Shown piece after piece: positions 1 through 13,686 of a stretch of 64,000 nt of DNA. The stretch covers positions 1,488,001 through 1,552,000 of the forward strand of contig CDLV01000012.1 in NCBI GenBank assembly GCA_001244265.2, read 5' to 3'. How positions within the stretch are numbered: position 1 is the stretch's first letter; each line of letters opens with the position of its first letter. The notes beneath the pieces are model-generated. The model was given only the letters and a program-made list of their open reading frames with translations, was not told the origin of the DNA and did no database searches. Source of the stretch: Microbotryum violaceum (Eukaryota). The position numbers and the translations under genes were made by a program.

Positions 1-1785
1 ATGTTCAGAGCGCGAGGTCAGCGCCACAACCCCGAACACGGTGAACAAGCATCGCGCGCAGTCTGGATAGGAACCACGCACCAGAGATAGCAGGAGCAGG
101 TGCTTGCACTCGCTCCTCCGCCTTGAGAGTGGCGAATATGTTGCCCGCGGACAGCAAGCCCGCGGCGACGATCGCCAGGAGGTGCCCCTGGGTCAACTCC
201 GGGCCCACGAGAAAGTCGAGGAAGGATCCAAGCTCGCCTCCAAGGATCGCAAAGATGGCATAATGGACGATGGAAAGAGGAGCTATGCGTGATACTAGGT
301 CCAAAGTGCCGAGGCCCCATCGCTCCGTCAAGAGGTGAGTCGTAATCAGCGACTTGATGGAGAGCAAGATCGCCGAGGTGAAAACGAGGAACGAGCCAAA
401 CGAATGGATATCGAGGTTCAGCGAGGTCAGAACGACTCCCAAAATGACGAGGAGGAATGTCGAGGTCGTTCGCATCGAGGTTCGCTCTTTGAAGAAGACG
501 ACCGAGAGTGCGAGGGTAAGGATCGGTGACAAAGCTCGAACCGACAGATGAAACTGCACGGAGCGGTGGCGCGCAGTACCCAAGTCAGTGTCCGAGTCCT
601 GCAACTGCCAGACGTCCTTCCCGAGCTTCCCGAACTTCCCGAGCTTTGACTCACCGGAACCGTCACTGAGCGTAGACTCAGCGTCGAAGTCAACTCCTCG
701 ACTGAGAAAAGCAAGGCTAGAAAGCGCAACGTTGTCTCGCGCTTGTGCGTCAACCGAGTGGCTCGAAAGGTGCCGGTCCGCCGAGCGATGTGGGTCGCAA
801 AGGTGGCAAATCCGGCTTGCGTACCCAGAAGTATGAAGGGGAAGGGAAACATGCCTTCTGGCTGTCTCAGCAAGAGCTTGCGCGAGATGGTGAAGGTGAT
901 CGACATGAGGAAGAAAGTGATGATGGCCGGGTCGAGTTGAGCAACGAACAGTGCGCTGGCCTTCATCGGTTGCAACAGTAGCTCGGGATCGACCAACGCC
1001 GTCGTTGAGAAGCGCTTTCCATTGATAGTCGGTGTGAAAGCAGTGAAGAAGGCGGCCACGTCTGGAGTACGAGGCAGCGCAAATATGGGTGAGCTCGTTG
1101 GTGCCAACAAAGACGCGGAACTGGAGGTCGATTTTGGCGTCGGAGACTCGGATGTCGGCATCAGGGTGGAAACGAACTTGCTCTTCGATGTGGGTATCGC
1201 CAACATGCTAGGCTTGGGAGATGTCGACGGCCGGTCGCTGGAGCTGACGTGGGATGCGTCACTGACGCTGTCTTCCGGAGAGAACGATCTCCGAAAATTC
1301 GAGGCTGGGGAGGAAATAGAGCCATTCAGGGTCACATGGGAAGGCGATTTGATGAATTGCGTTTTCATGTACGTGATGCCATGGTCCACATCTTGAGATT
1401 CGTGCAAGTCGGTGACTGAGCTGGCTCGCGAGTGGGTCGAGCCCAACATCGGCAGGGCCGCGATCGCACTCAAAGCCGCATAAGCGTGTGCATTGCTCGA
1501 CCTGTCCGAAGCACCCTCCTGGTCACGTATTGGCTCAGCACTGATGGAGTGGCGAGGTCGGAATGCGCGTAGTAGCGTGTCGTCGGATGTCGTGGCCGCC
1601 GATCGGTGGCTCTCCGTCTCTTGCGAAGGCCGGCCATCTCCGACGCGACTTGAAATGATTGACGCGTCCACGGCGAGGGTCGCACCACTGGCAGGGCCCG
1701 GCTCCGACTCGAGCGCGGAAAGCGGGTCTTGCGAATTTCGATGGCCTCGGTGGTCACCATCGAACCGGTTGTCGGCCACCTTCAT
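1..1785 (-). CDS. Triose-phosphate/nucleotide-sugar transporter family (DMT/TPT) membrane protein with long Ser-rich N-terminal extension; 3' end runs off the window
   Basis: ORFs 427..1785 and 5..604 join through an intron near 550-650. Multi-TM segments include 'FPFPFILLGTQ', 'SLRSVTVP|FHLSVRALSPILT' and 'LLSIKSLITTHLL...LDLVSRIAPLS', which are typical of TPT-family proteins. Confidence 0.75.
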
Positions 1786-2031
1786 GGCGTGCTGGAGAGC
1801 TCGAACGGCATGTGACGCGTGGGATCCTGAGAGTCGTGGCCGAGTAAGAGTCGGGCCGGCGCGAACTGAATCACATCACACTCCGCGCGACGCGGTTCCG
1901 CGTTCCAGTACGGTGATCATAAGTTTCTGCAGTGTTCTGTCACCTAAATAATGATAGCCAAAGAACAGATACCAGTCGGCGCCGCTGTACAAAGCGGCCC
2001 TAACGTGCAAGTGAAAAAAGAGGCAAAAACT

Positions 2032-2081
2032 CCATCCCCACCCATCCCCACCCATCCCCACCCATCCCCACCCATCCCCAC
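2032..2081. repeat. Tandem repeat (CCCATCCCCA)x5
   Basis: Read directly from the sequence, upstream of the TPT gene. Confidence 0.95.
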
Positions 2082-4741
2082 TTCCTCTCCATCATCCCCG
2101 TTCTCGTCTGACCTGTCCTGACATGTCAGTGCGAGCTGAAGAAGAATTCTGGCAGCCGGCGACACTGTACATGTTACTAGCTCACAAAAACTCTAAGAAC
2201 AACTAACTACTAGGGTAGTTGGGCTTGAAACGTCATAAATAGTTTGTTGACCATACCCGTCATGACGTCTTGCACTGCCGCTTGGCGCACGTGAGGAAGC
2301 CCCTTGAGGCGAAGAATCCGCATATCCGCAGGCGAACGCGAACCACGAGGTGGATGACGTAAGCCAGACAGAGGCGGACGACGGGGTGATGGCGCGCTTC
2401 GCGGTGGAGATCAAATTGAAGCTGAAAGATAGCACATGGAACGAGGGTACGTCGCAAGTGGAGGTGTGTGGGTAGGCAACAATCGTAGATGTGAGGGCAA
2501 AGACTCAAGATGGAGTTTGATCGAGGGGAAGCGAAGGTGATGGCGATGGGGGTGAAGGCGAAGGTGAAAAGGAGGCTATCTAATGTGGAGTTTCAGATGG
2601 TAATGGAGGTGGGGACGGTGTGAGGTGGTGCGAGGTGATGACATGTGAAGATGATGATGGAGATGGGAATATAAAGAATGGAATTTGGATGAAAATGAAC
2701 GGGCATGCAAAAACGAAGGTGAATGCAAGATCAGCCCAACTCCGTCGCACGGTCGAGCCGGCCGATGGCTGCTCGGTCACGGAAGTCACCACGCTGGTGG
2801 CACCCAGCGGCACTCAGCCTGTCCGAACAAATTTTCGACAGAACTACGCATAAGATCAGTGGGATCGTCTACTATCATGCTGTATCACCTACGAGATGCT
2901 GGGCGGTGTCAGACCGCATCCGCCCGAGCTCTTCTCCAACAGATTGAGGGCGTCTTGAGGGGTCTGACGATGTCGCCCCCGTTTCTCGCTGCAGCGCACT
3001 CGACGACTCGTCAACAATAGCTCTCGCAACTCATTGGTTTCATGAGCAGCTGTATTAGCAGATGAAATTCTGATGTAGACATTTTATAGTCAAAACTTAT
3101 TTGCTATCAGCCAGTGGCCCCAGACTTCGAGCTTTGAGGGCTTCGAGCACGCTTTGCCTCCGCGGCGCGCACACTCCTGACTCTGTGCATGCACGCCACC
3201 CATGGAAACCAATCAGGGTGCACGAGGCCACCCGTTCAAAGCAGGCTGACAAGTCTCACGTCTTGCAGTTTTGTCTTGGTACACTTATGGCGGAATCATG
3301 CAACGCGCTGGCTTTCGAGCCCTCGATTGCAGATTCGTCCGGGCCGGGCTAGCTGAGATTCGCGACACGAACAGAGAAGCAAAAGGAGTCCGTTGCATTC
3401 GCAACACCATCATCGTTTATACACGGAAAATTTATCAACCACTGGGCCCGAGAACGTTTGCTGCAGTAGAACTCTTCATCCTGCGTGGTTCGGCGGGTAA
3501 ATATCGAGGCCCAGGAGCCGGCCACCTCGGGCTCAGGGTTCGGCGGGCCAATACTCGCAACAGCACCAGCCCGATTCAACCGAGAGAGAACGGGGTACCA
3601 TTCTGAAGACCGAAGATATTGGGGGTTAGGACCCCCAGAAAATTCGGACGAGAAACGGTTCTTGGCCTCGCAGACGACGTCGGTCGAGGTCCTCCGGCGC
3701 GACTAGATCGGGCAAAATGGCTGAAAGGGGTAATTTCGGGAGGGGCTCGGAAGTATGCAAGCTGGGATCCGGGAATTCGGAACGGCCCCGGGATGGTTCC
3801 CACCCACCCCTTCAGAAGGGATTAGCACACTAGACTGCGAGGCACCATTTATAATCTGGGGATTGCTGTGTCGGCGCGGGATCTGAGGCTTCAGTGGCCC
3901 CTTGATAATTCCGGATAGACCCGAGGTCGCTCGGGCAGCCAAGGCGGTTAGGACCATCTTCCACAACGGGGAAGATTGCTGTGGCTACCGTCGCAATATA
4001 TACAAACGGGAATCGCGCCTGCATGCGCAGGTCAATGCTTCGACTCGACCCCGAATTGCACGGCCAGGTATGCAAATGTTCTAGGCTTTTGCAATTTAGG
4101 ATACTCCTATACAGCTTCTGTAACAGCTTTTCTGATTTTATGTCCGGCAGTAGACACTTAGGTTTGCAGTATCATAGCCTCTTTGGTGCCGGCGCGGACT
4201 CCCCCACGGCAGGGACCGGCCGGGGCCGTCTGAGTCGCTCATGATGCAGGACCCAGTATGACACTTCTTCGTCCAATCGACACAACACTAGCCATTCTAC
4301 CTGTGTAATTCAGAACTATCAACATTTCATGCGCAAAACAGGCTACATCAGGCACGGATCTAGGCCCCTACTAGTAGGGGCTGGCGCGGGCAGCTGAGTG
4401 CACCTAGCGACGCAGCGGCGCGCACAGGATCGACCCTCTGCCCCGAAAACGCTGGGCTGAAAAACAAAACAGAACCGTGCGCGCGGCCTCGTCCCTATTA
4501 TGTCGGTCCGCATTAGGATGTGCGGATCCCCCGCGTTGATCTGCGCGCCGAATAGTGGGCTATGGGCTATCTCTTGTCGTTTACCGAACACAGTGTATGA
4601 TGAGGACATCAACACTGCCTTCTCTTGCTCTTCAACCTCCTTCCTCATACTCATATCCTCGTTCACAAGTCACCTAGCCTCCACCTCTCGTGAAGCCGCC
4701 AGTCGCTCTCAAATTCGACCCCTGTGTTCTCTGCGTCCAAG

Positions 4742-5868
4742 ATGCTCGCTACTAAGATCCTTTCTGTGCTCGCCATCGCGCTGCCCGTATTTGCTGCGCC
4801 CGTAGCTGGTAGGTCCATGAGAACAGACTACCATACATGGGCTGATAATTGACCTCAACCGGGTTCTTCCTTCCACCTTGGAAGACTCTGCCTCCCCCGC
4901 GGCCGCCATGGGCTTCGACAGGAGGACGCTCCAACGCGAGACTTCGTCGCGAATCGCCCTCGCCCGAGCGCGCGCCGCCCGCAAAGCCAAGCGCTCGGTT
5001 CGAGCCTCAGAATCCAAAAACTTGGCTACGCGCAACTTTGAGGACGCTTACGCTGCGGTTGGTCTAACTCGAGGAGACTTTGAGAGCCAAGCCTTGAGCA
5101 AGCGATCGCAGCCGAGGATTCGTTGCCGACTTGGCCGCGAGGGTGAGTTGTGAACTCAGCGTGTGTCGCGTGTACAGTGGATAACCGTGTCATAAAGAGG
5201 CTGACTCTAGCATACGTGTTTTCTTACTCCACCGTTCCCAGCTAACGCCCAAGCCAAAGCGGACGCCCTCTGTGTTCGCCAGCTCCGAGGCAAGCTTTCG
5301 TACGACCCCAAGGTCGCGACCGTCACCTGTGACCAGGTGTGCACGGTCAGCTGCCCGAAGGGATACACGACACAGACCACCGATAGATCCACCGCTTGCA
5401 TCAAAAACGTCGGCAAGTGCAAGAACAAGACTTGCGCCCAGAGCGAGAACGGTGTGTCCGGCTGCGCCGACGGAAAGTGCACGCTCCAATGCACCACCCG
5501 CGGCTACACCATCAATAAAGCCCAAAACGCCTGCATCGCTCTTGGCTCCGACCCCAACAACTGCGGTCGTGTAAGTCAGCTAGAACGGGACACTTTCAGC
5601 TTCATAAAACAGCTTGATTAAACACCTACTGGTGATTGCCATACACAGGAAGGCAATAAGTGCGACGCCTCGTACGACGGAAAGTACGCCGCCTCTTGCG
5701 TTACGGGCGCGTGCAGCCTTGGTCGGTCTTCTCTTAAATCTCCTAAGGGACCACGTCCACCATCAGGGACTGACCACTTTCCTCCCTTCGTAAACCTTTA
5801 CAGATTGCCCCAGTGGGTTCAAGGCGGGCACCAACAAGCGCAGGCAAAAGACTTGCGTCAAGGCTTAA
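4742..5868 (+). CDS. Secreted cysteine-rich protein (PriA-like), about 5 exons
   Basis: ATG at 4742 gives the signal peptide MLATKILSVLAIALPVFAAP. The pro-region has KR sites (AKRS, SKRS). Cys-rich exons follow: 'VTCDQVCTVSCPKGY...CADGKCTLQCTTRGY...ACIALGSDPNNCGR|EGNKCDASYDGKYAASCVTGACSL|DCPSGF...KTCVKA*'. Canonical GT..AG introns; TAA at 5866-5868. Confidence 0.75.
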
Positions 5869-6477
5869 ACAGTTTTTTGGACGCTTCTTACTTTCTTCTC
5901 CTCATCGCATCATATCCCACGCACGTCTCTTGGGACACATGTATATCACGTCATGCTCTTCGTGACGGCGCGCTCTGGGTTACTCTACTTCTTCCTCGGC
6001 AGACACTGTCCTTTCGTTCCTCATCATAGACGTCTCCAGCAGTTTCTTCGGTTCCCAGTGGTTGCTCCATGACGCAAGCCTGGTTTGAGTCGAAATACTT
6101 TAGCTTTATACATGTATCTTTATTTTCTTAGTCCCTCACCCTTTTGTAGCCTAGTTCGGGGGCGTGGCATATAGACCTCCTGTAACGCCGCTCGAACACC
6201 ATTTCCTCTGAAGCTCAAGTTCTGCTCGGCCTGGACTTTGATTGAGATCTCTATTTGCTCCACCTGCGACAAAGAGAGCTGAGCGATCAAGCGAGCTCGT
6301 CTTTGCTTGACAAGGCAGAAGAAGAAGCCGTGCTTACATCCTGTATCCACTTTTCCGGATGTTTCTTGACTCTGAGTCGTCCGGCGGCGACTGTCCTCAT
6401 TGACAGGCGCGCTGCAGTGGGCCGGCTCTCGATCCCTCCGCACCGAAAGCCCCCACACGAGCAAGGGCAGGCCGGCG

Positions 6478-9400
6478 ATGAATGCGTACCATCGAGTGCA
6501 GCTGCCGCCGACGGGTGTGTCGCATGCGCTGAGTGTACGACTGACGGCGGCGCAGGACACGGCCTCGACCTCGAATGATGGGACGGTCGTCAGTCATCTC
6601 GTGACGGCGCGCAACCACGTGTTGCAGGTGTTTGAAGTGAGGGAATATGAGCCCGTTTCCGTATCGTCGCACGAGGTGAGTTTTAAGCCCACAGCTTCAG
6701 GTCGGAGTATCACTGCCGGGCCGGTGTTTGAGCTCGTCCTTTCCAGGCATAGCTGATACCTTACATCCGAATCAGGCCCCCACGGCTGGGCTGCACCACG
6801 TCCTGACGAGACGACTGCACGGCACGGTGACCTCGCTCGCGCGCATCCGGACACTCGCCTCCAAGACCGATGGCGCAGATCGCGTATTGGTCTCTTTCAA
6901 AGACGCCAAAGTGAGTGGTGCACCATCCATCTATCGTATCCGCGTACGACCTGCGGACGTTCTCACACGCTCGCTTTGCGTTCCCTTCAGCTCTCGCTCC
7001 TGGAGTGGACCCCATCCGCCCATGATCTGCTCCCCGTCTCGTTGCACACGTTCGAGAAGCTACCCCAAGTGGTCAGTGCACCCGGGTATGCAGCCCCTGA
7101 TTACCTTGGAAAACATCGGCTCACGCTGCTCTGTATAATGTGCGGGTTGCTCGACAGGCTGAAGGATCGACACTGGCTGCGACCGATCCAGCTTCGCGAC
7201 TGTCCGTGCTGCTGCTGCCTTCCAACACGGGAGGAGATGGAACACTGGCAATTCTACCCTTCTTCCAAGAGGAAATTGATCTCGACAGTCTTGGAGTCGA
7301 TGCCGAAGCATGGGGACCTCAGGGCATTGCTTCGTTAGTCTGGTCTTTCTCACTCCGAACCCAGCACGCCAGAGCTAACACGAATGCTGATCCTCATCGG
7401 CCCACAGCATTCCATACGCCCCGTCACATCTCCTACCTCTGGCTTCCCTGACCGCGACGACCAGCATCAGTGGACCCGCTCGATCTTCGACGCTGTCCAA
7501 CTCGATCGCTCTCGTCGGAGGCACACCCCCGATTCGTAACGTCATCGACATCGCCTTCCTCCCCGGCTTCAACGAACCGACCCTGGCGATCCTATACGCA
7601 CCGGAACAGACCTGGGCTGGACGCCTCGAAAATGTCAGCAACAACTACCTCGTCTCACTCGTGACGCTCGCGACGGGGACCTCCAAGGGGACCGACTCGG
7701 ACACGACCGCCGTTGTCATCGCAACCTCCCCACCTCTCCCTCACACCTGCCTCTCTATTCATCCCTGCCCACCGGATCTCGGTGGCGCACTCATTCTCAC
7801 TGCGAACGGTATCATGCATCTCGAACAAGGAGGCAAGCTAGTAGGCGTCGCCGCAAACGGATGGTTCGTCAAAGACTGGCCCGCCGCTTCGTCCTCGATC
7901 AAGCCGGGTGAGACAACGACGCGCGACGAGTTCGAAGGTGCCCGCATCGTCTTCATCTCCAACAGCAAAGCGATTATCTTTGCCAAGTCCGGCAGTGTGT
8001 TCGAGCTCAGTCTCGTCACCTCGGGCCGCTCGATCTCTTCGATGAACCTCAAGCAGGTCGGTCGAGGCGTGCCGGCGAGCTGCGTCGAACGGATCCGAGG
8101 GAGCAAAGGTCGCTTCGGCGAGATGGGATATGTGTTTGTGGGATCGCATGCCGGGGAGTCGAGTTTGCTGAGCTGGCAAGTGGGAGCTACGAAGGGGACC
8201 AGCTCCGAGCTCGCTTCGTCTCGACCTGCCGAGATGGACTTTGACGATTTGGACGGTGAGATCGTCCTTCACTTCAGAATAGTGAGCTGGCGCATGCTGA
8301 CCTCATTATCTATTATTATAGATATCTACGGTGCAAGTGATGCGACAAAGGCTCCCCAGACGACCATTGCTGCAACTCCGGCGCGGGTACTCGCGGGCGG
8401 TCGCTCGTTGCTGCTCACACCCTGCGATGTGCTTGAACACTATGGAAGCATACGAAGCCTTGCGGTTGGACTCGTAGGGGACGACTCACCCGCCGATCTC
8501 GTCGCTAGTACGGGCCAGGGACCAACGTCCGGGCTAACGGTGTTCCATCGCACCATCGCGCCGCGGAAACGACGGAGACTCGACAGCTCGGCGATCTCTA
8601 CGAATGGTGTTTGGGCGCTGAATTTGAAAGGGCAACAGTCTCCCATACTGATTTCTTCTGATGCTTCGACCACTCGATTCACCGCGCTCGCGACCACCGA
8701 GACTGAGCCAACAGAGCTTTTGGGACCGACCATTGCCGCTTTCGTCTCACCCGACGGGACGTCCATCATTCGCATCACCCCTGCGGAATTGCATGTACTC
8801 GATGCCGATCTCTCTATACGACACTCGCGCGTCTTCACCAGGGTCTCACTCGCATCGCGGGCCATCATTTCGCAGTCGCTCGTGGCCGTCTTCGGACCGT
8901 CAGATAAGGTTGAGGTCTTCGTCTACGACATCACCAGTGGCGACGTTGCCGTGTTCGATGCCGTATTGAGCTATACCAGCTCGGCCCTGGCTGTCACTTT
9001 GTTTTCGGATTCGACCCGAGCCGTGCCCCTCGTTCGCTCTGTGCCACAGGGGCAGAAGAGCGGCGCGACTGCAGTGCCTGACACAGCCGAGGACGAGGAC
9101 GATCTTTACACGACCGCGCCCCGGCGAACGCTTGCTTCCGAAACCAAGGGCAACCTCTCGCTCGTGATTGAGCCGACAGTGCAGAATGGGGCGCTGGCAA
9201 CGCACGGCCAAAACCCGGCATGGCAGTGGATGCCTCTTGTGGATGAGCATGGAGACCTGCAGATCGTGCTGCTGCCCAACCTTCAGGTCGTATTCTCCGC
9301 GACGGCGATCGCCCTGTTCCCCGACGTGATTCAGGACGGGCAGGGTGAACCGGTGCCCGAAAACATTGACGAGGACGACATTCAGATCGATCGAGTGCTG

Positions 9401-11482
9401 TGTGGTCACGTCGGTCAAAGTCGCCTGCGCACTCATCTCGTGGTCTTGCTCAAAAACGGTGCGATGGCTGTGTACGAAGCGATGCCTTCAATCACCGCAG
9501 GCGAATCATCCCGACCCGACCGGACCGCTTCACTCGGAGTTCGCTTCGTCAAGATGTTGACCAAAAGACTCCCTCTCCCCGTCCGAAGGAAAGCGAAGCG
9601 TGGCCTCGATGAAGAAGAGCCTCTACCTTCTCCGAGACGCGAATTCATTCCTTTCACCAACATCGATGGATTCTCGGGGTGGTTCGTAACGGGTGATGAC
9701 CCGTTCTGGCTCATTGCGAGTGATCATGGGCCGGTGCGATACGTCGAGAGTAGCGAGAAAAACTTGTACGGGTTCTCCCCGTCGGCCAATGGTGACGGGT
9801 ATCTGGTACAGTCTAAAGATGTGAGTGCCCTAGCAAGTATGGCCAGATCTTAGACATGCCATGGCTTACCCTATATATTCACAATTGCAGAGCCTTTACG
9901 ATGCATCCCTGCCGGACGACGTTTGTTTCGATCGTGAGATGCCGTATCACCGAGTGCCTAAAGATCGACGCTACGCTGCAGTCACCTTTGATCTCGACTC
10001 GGGTCTTTACGTCGCCGGAGCGTTGTACGATACCGTCTTTATGAACTTTGACGACGAAGGCAAGCCCGTCTACGTCAATGAGAGTGAGTGCACGCGTGTT
10101 ATGAAGATCGTTAGAGCGGAAGGCTGAGCCTTTTGTCGATCGCAGACCCCGAGATCACGGATGCGCACAACTTCCGCTCGACACTGGAACTGATCATGCC
10201 CGGCACATGGGAGGCGATCGACGGGTTCGAATTCCGACCCAACGAATTTGTATCGACGCTAAAGACCGTCACTCTCTCGAGCAAGAGTACAGCTACGGGG
10301 CGGAAGGACTTTATTGCGGTGGGAACGACGGTATTCCGTGCCGAGGATCTTGCGGCGAGGGGAGGGGTGAGTTCGATGGGACAGTGGCCGCGACAGGTTC
10401 GGCCCGCATTACTGACTATGCCCGCCCTTACGATATTGCAGATTTACCTCTTTGAAGTGGTCCCGATCGTGCCCTCACCCGAACGGCCTTACATCGCGCA
10501 CAAGCTCAAGCGACTCCTGAACGAAGACACCAAGTCCGTCGTCGGCAACATCTGCGACATCAACGGCCACCTCATCATGTCGATGGGGCAGAAGCTCTAC
10601 GCTCGCGCACTGGAACAAGATGAAGTCTTTATCGCCGTTGGGTTCCTCGATGTCGGCGTCCACGTCACTTCCTTGACGGCGACGAAGAACTTTCTCCTTA
10701 TCGGGGACGCTTTGCAATCCGTTACTTTGGTCGCGTTTCAGGAGGATCCTTACAAGTTGGTTCTCTTGGGTAGGGACTATCGACCTGTCGGCGTGTCGAA
10801 CTCCAACTTTTTGGTCAATGATGGCAAGGTCGCTTTCGTCGTGGGTGATTTGGACGGCGTGTTGAGGATGTTTGAATACGATCCTCTCAGTGAGTGCTTT
10901 CTCTGATTGCTTGCTTACTTATAAGCATCATCCTAACCTCATTATTACTATTCATCAGACATCTCCTCCTACGCAGGCCAACGCCTCCTCTGCCGCACCG
11001 AATACGCCACCTCCTCCGAAGCCCAAGCAACTCTCTTATTCGCTCGTCGCCCTTCCCCAATCGAAGACCTCAAACAAAACGGGATCCTCTACGGGACGAA
11101 CGACGGTTCCTTGATGACGTTGGTTCCGGTGAGGGATATCGTGTTCAAAAGGTTGCAGAGTTTGCAGATGATCATGATGAAGAGTGTGTTGCACTTTGGA
11201 GGGTTGAACCCGAGGGGATTCAGGTGGGTGCATCTCGATCTAATTTTTCCCCGACCGAATAACTCTCTACTCACTTTCTTTCAATTCACTTCGATCTGCT
11301 ATCCAAACAGGATCGTAAAGAACGACTCGGTCTCGCGCGCCATGACCAAAGGCATACTCGACGGCGAACTCTTGGCCGAATTCGAAGCGTTGAGTTTGGG
11401 TCGGCAGATGGAGTTGTGCGAGATGATCCATAGTGACCCGGATACGGTACTGGCGAATTTGAGGGGTTTGTTGAGTTGGTAA
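6478..11482 (+). CDS. CFT1: Cleavage and polyadenylation specificity factor subunit 1 (CPSF160), multi-exon
   Basis: N-terminus MNAYHRVQLPPTGVSHAL; motifs 'DRVLVSFKDAK', 'SLHTFE', 'IDIAFLPGFNEPTLAILY', 'KDFIAVGT...EDLAARG', 'KNFLLIGDALQSV...FQEDPYKL', 'GGLNPRGFR...KGILDG'. These match the CPSF_A family. Confidence 0.93.
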
Positions 11483-11692
11483 TTGGTGATAGAGGGAGAC
11501 TTTGGAATGTGAAGGAGCTTTGTTGTCTTTGGTGTGCGAGGGGAGAGGGGGGGGGGGGGAGACACACTTTGTAAAACCGAGGCGAGTTTTCGACCTCGAG
11601 ACAGGATCAGATGCGTATCCATCGGGAGAGCAAGGTAAGCGTAGAAGGGTGTTAGAGCATGAAAATGCACAAAGGGACTGCTACGTGTTGCT

Positions 11693-12709
11693 CTATACAA
11701 TGAAGGACCTGTGAGAACGAGGTGATATGATCAGGTCAGCTATTCGCGCGTCGGGTTCGAGACTGAACACCAGAGCTCGACCACTCACTCTCCGCAGCCG
11801 CAAGCGTCTTTGATATTGGGGTCTATTGAAGGATGACAGATCATATCAAGCGTCAGTGCGAGTAAACATCAACGAGTCTGGGCTGCAAGAGGGAAGCATC
11901 CCCCCCTCGCTCCCGCTCCCGATTCCACTCCGCCCCCGCGTGTCCGACCACAACGTACTCTTGAAGACAAACTTGGCCTGCAATGCATCCTCTTGCCAAT
12001 CCATCTCACTCCCAATCACACTAAACAACGCCCTCGAATCGACGACGACCTTGACGCCATCCTGTTCGACTACTTCGTCGAACCGCGCGGGTTCGTCGAC
12101 GTATTCGAGGTGGTAGGACATGCCCGCGCAACCCTTGTTGCGCACGCCGATGCGGATGAGTTTGGGTGTTGGAGAAGAGAGCAGGGATCGGATTCGGGTG
12201 ACAGCTTCGGGGGTCTGTAAGTGGGGAAAAGGGAGAACGGGGGAACGATCGGGACGGATCGGCGATGGTGGAGTGCAACAACACGGGGTCAGTGAGCCGG
12301 GGGATGCCAGACGAACCGAGAGCAGCTTGGGAGAACGCACAAGGGTGATAGCAGCCTTTCGTGCGGTGGGAGCGGCGCGTCGCTTGGTCGTAGGCTGGGT
12401 CTTGTGGGCGGTCGATGCCGCGGCCGGCGCCACTACGATCGGAGGCGCACCCGGGACGGCTGCGGTGCCACTCAGACTCAAGGCCACACTCGACGCGGAC
12501 GAGGCAGATCGGTTCCAGCGCAATGAGGTCGTTCCTGTGGCCGATCTGGTGGGACAAGTGGGTCGACTTGGCGCGTGCCACGGCGACGAGGAGGACAAGC
12601 TGAGCAGCGCGTTCGAACTCGAGACGATGCAGATCGATGACGGCGCCAGGGGGGAGGCAGGGTACGACCGATTCAGTGCCCGAGTCAGGCTTGTACTGAG
12701 TGTGTTCAT
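11693..12709 (-). CDS. ISA1: Mitochondrial iron-sulfur cluster assembly protein IscA/Isa1
   Basis: 'AAITL|TPEAVTRIRSLL...IRIGVRNKGCAGMSYHLEYV...FDEVVEQDGVKVVVDSRALFSVIGSEMDW', spliced to 'PNIKDACGCGE|SFIV*'. All three conserved Cys are present; stop at 11693-11695. Confidence 0.93.
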
Positions 12710-13323
12710 GGTGGAGAGAGGATGCGATCGAGTGGGGTGGGCGAGCGCGATGGGGGAGAGAGCGCGAGAGTCGCCGTCGGGCAGTCTCGGCCCAACGAGC
12801 AAGCCAGGCCAACTAAGCTGGGCTCGAGCACCTGAGCTGACGTGAGCTGACCGGAGCAGACCGGAGCAGACTTGGAGCTTGGAGCCCTGCCCGCCCTTCT
12901 CGTCGGCAAATCAGAATTGAGCCAAATGCCTTTCTTTGAAAAAGATCGCTGGAAAAGTCGGATGAGATGCATTTAGGCACACTGGCTAGGCCAATAGTAC
13001 TGTGTAGGAGCCAAATCCCTATCTATCTCTCCATCTATGTCTACCTACATCTAGCACGGAAAAACGTCTGCCTCAATCAAGGTTCTCGGGCGCGCACGCG
13101 CGGATGTTTTCTTTTCCCCCACCGGTCCGGGAAGAAAGACAAAACACGACCTTGAATCACGCAGGGAGGTGGGCGCACAAGCGTCCCCGAACCCTAGTTT
13201 CTTCTCAGCCATCGCTAGCTCAACATCTACTTAAATATTGCACCCTCGCGATCTCCCCCTTCCTGCCCCGGTTCCTGTTGCACCAACTGCACACCAAACC
13301 CGAGTGACTTGACGCGAGCTTGC

Positions 13324-13389
13324 TCATCGCTTCATCGCTTCATCGCTTCATCGCTTCATCGCTTCATCGCTTCATCGCTTCATCGCTTC
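13324..13389. repeat. Tandem repeat (TCATCGCT)x~8
   Basis: Read directly from the sequence. Confidence 0.95.
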
Positions 13390-13686
13390 CTCACTTCCTC
13401 ACTAGCTCGTTGCATCGCTGCAGCGCTCGAATTGACGATGCCAGCGAAGCAAGGTGATACTGATCGCCATCGCCCCAATCCTTCATTGGACTTTGCCTCC
13501 CCACCCAGCAAGCGCCCATTCTAAGCGTGTTGGCCAACAAGCGTTGAGGCTCCACGCAGCGCATTCGATCACGAACCCCCTATACAGCCAGATGCAACTG
13601 AAAATAAAGGCTCAATCGGTGTGGTGTTGCTCACGTGCTGACCAAAGCCTCTCCGTCGTCTTCTACCTGCAACAGTCACCACCGTC

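Noticed and set aside
4364-4407. Palindrome plus downstream CTAG as a Helitron 3' end
   Set aside because: The spacing is atypical, CTAG is not followed by T, and no Helitron coding remnant lies nearby.
2190-4600. Many short ORFs in the intergenic region
   Set aside because: No coherent exon chain, family motif or TIR/TSD pair could be supported.
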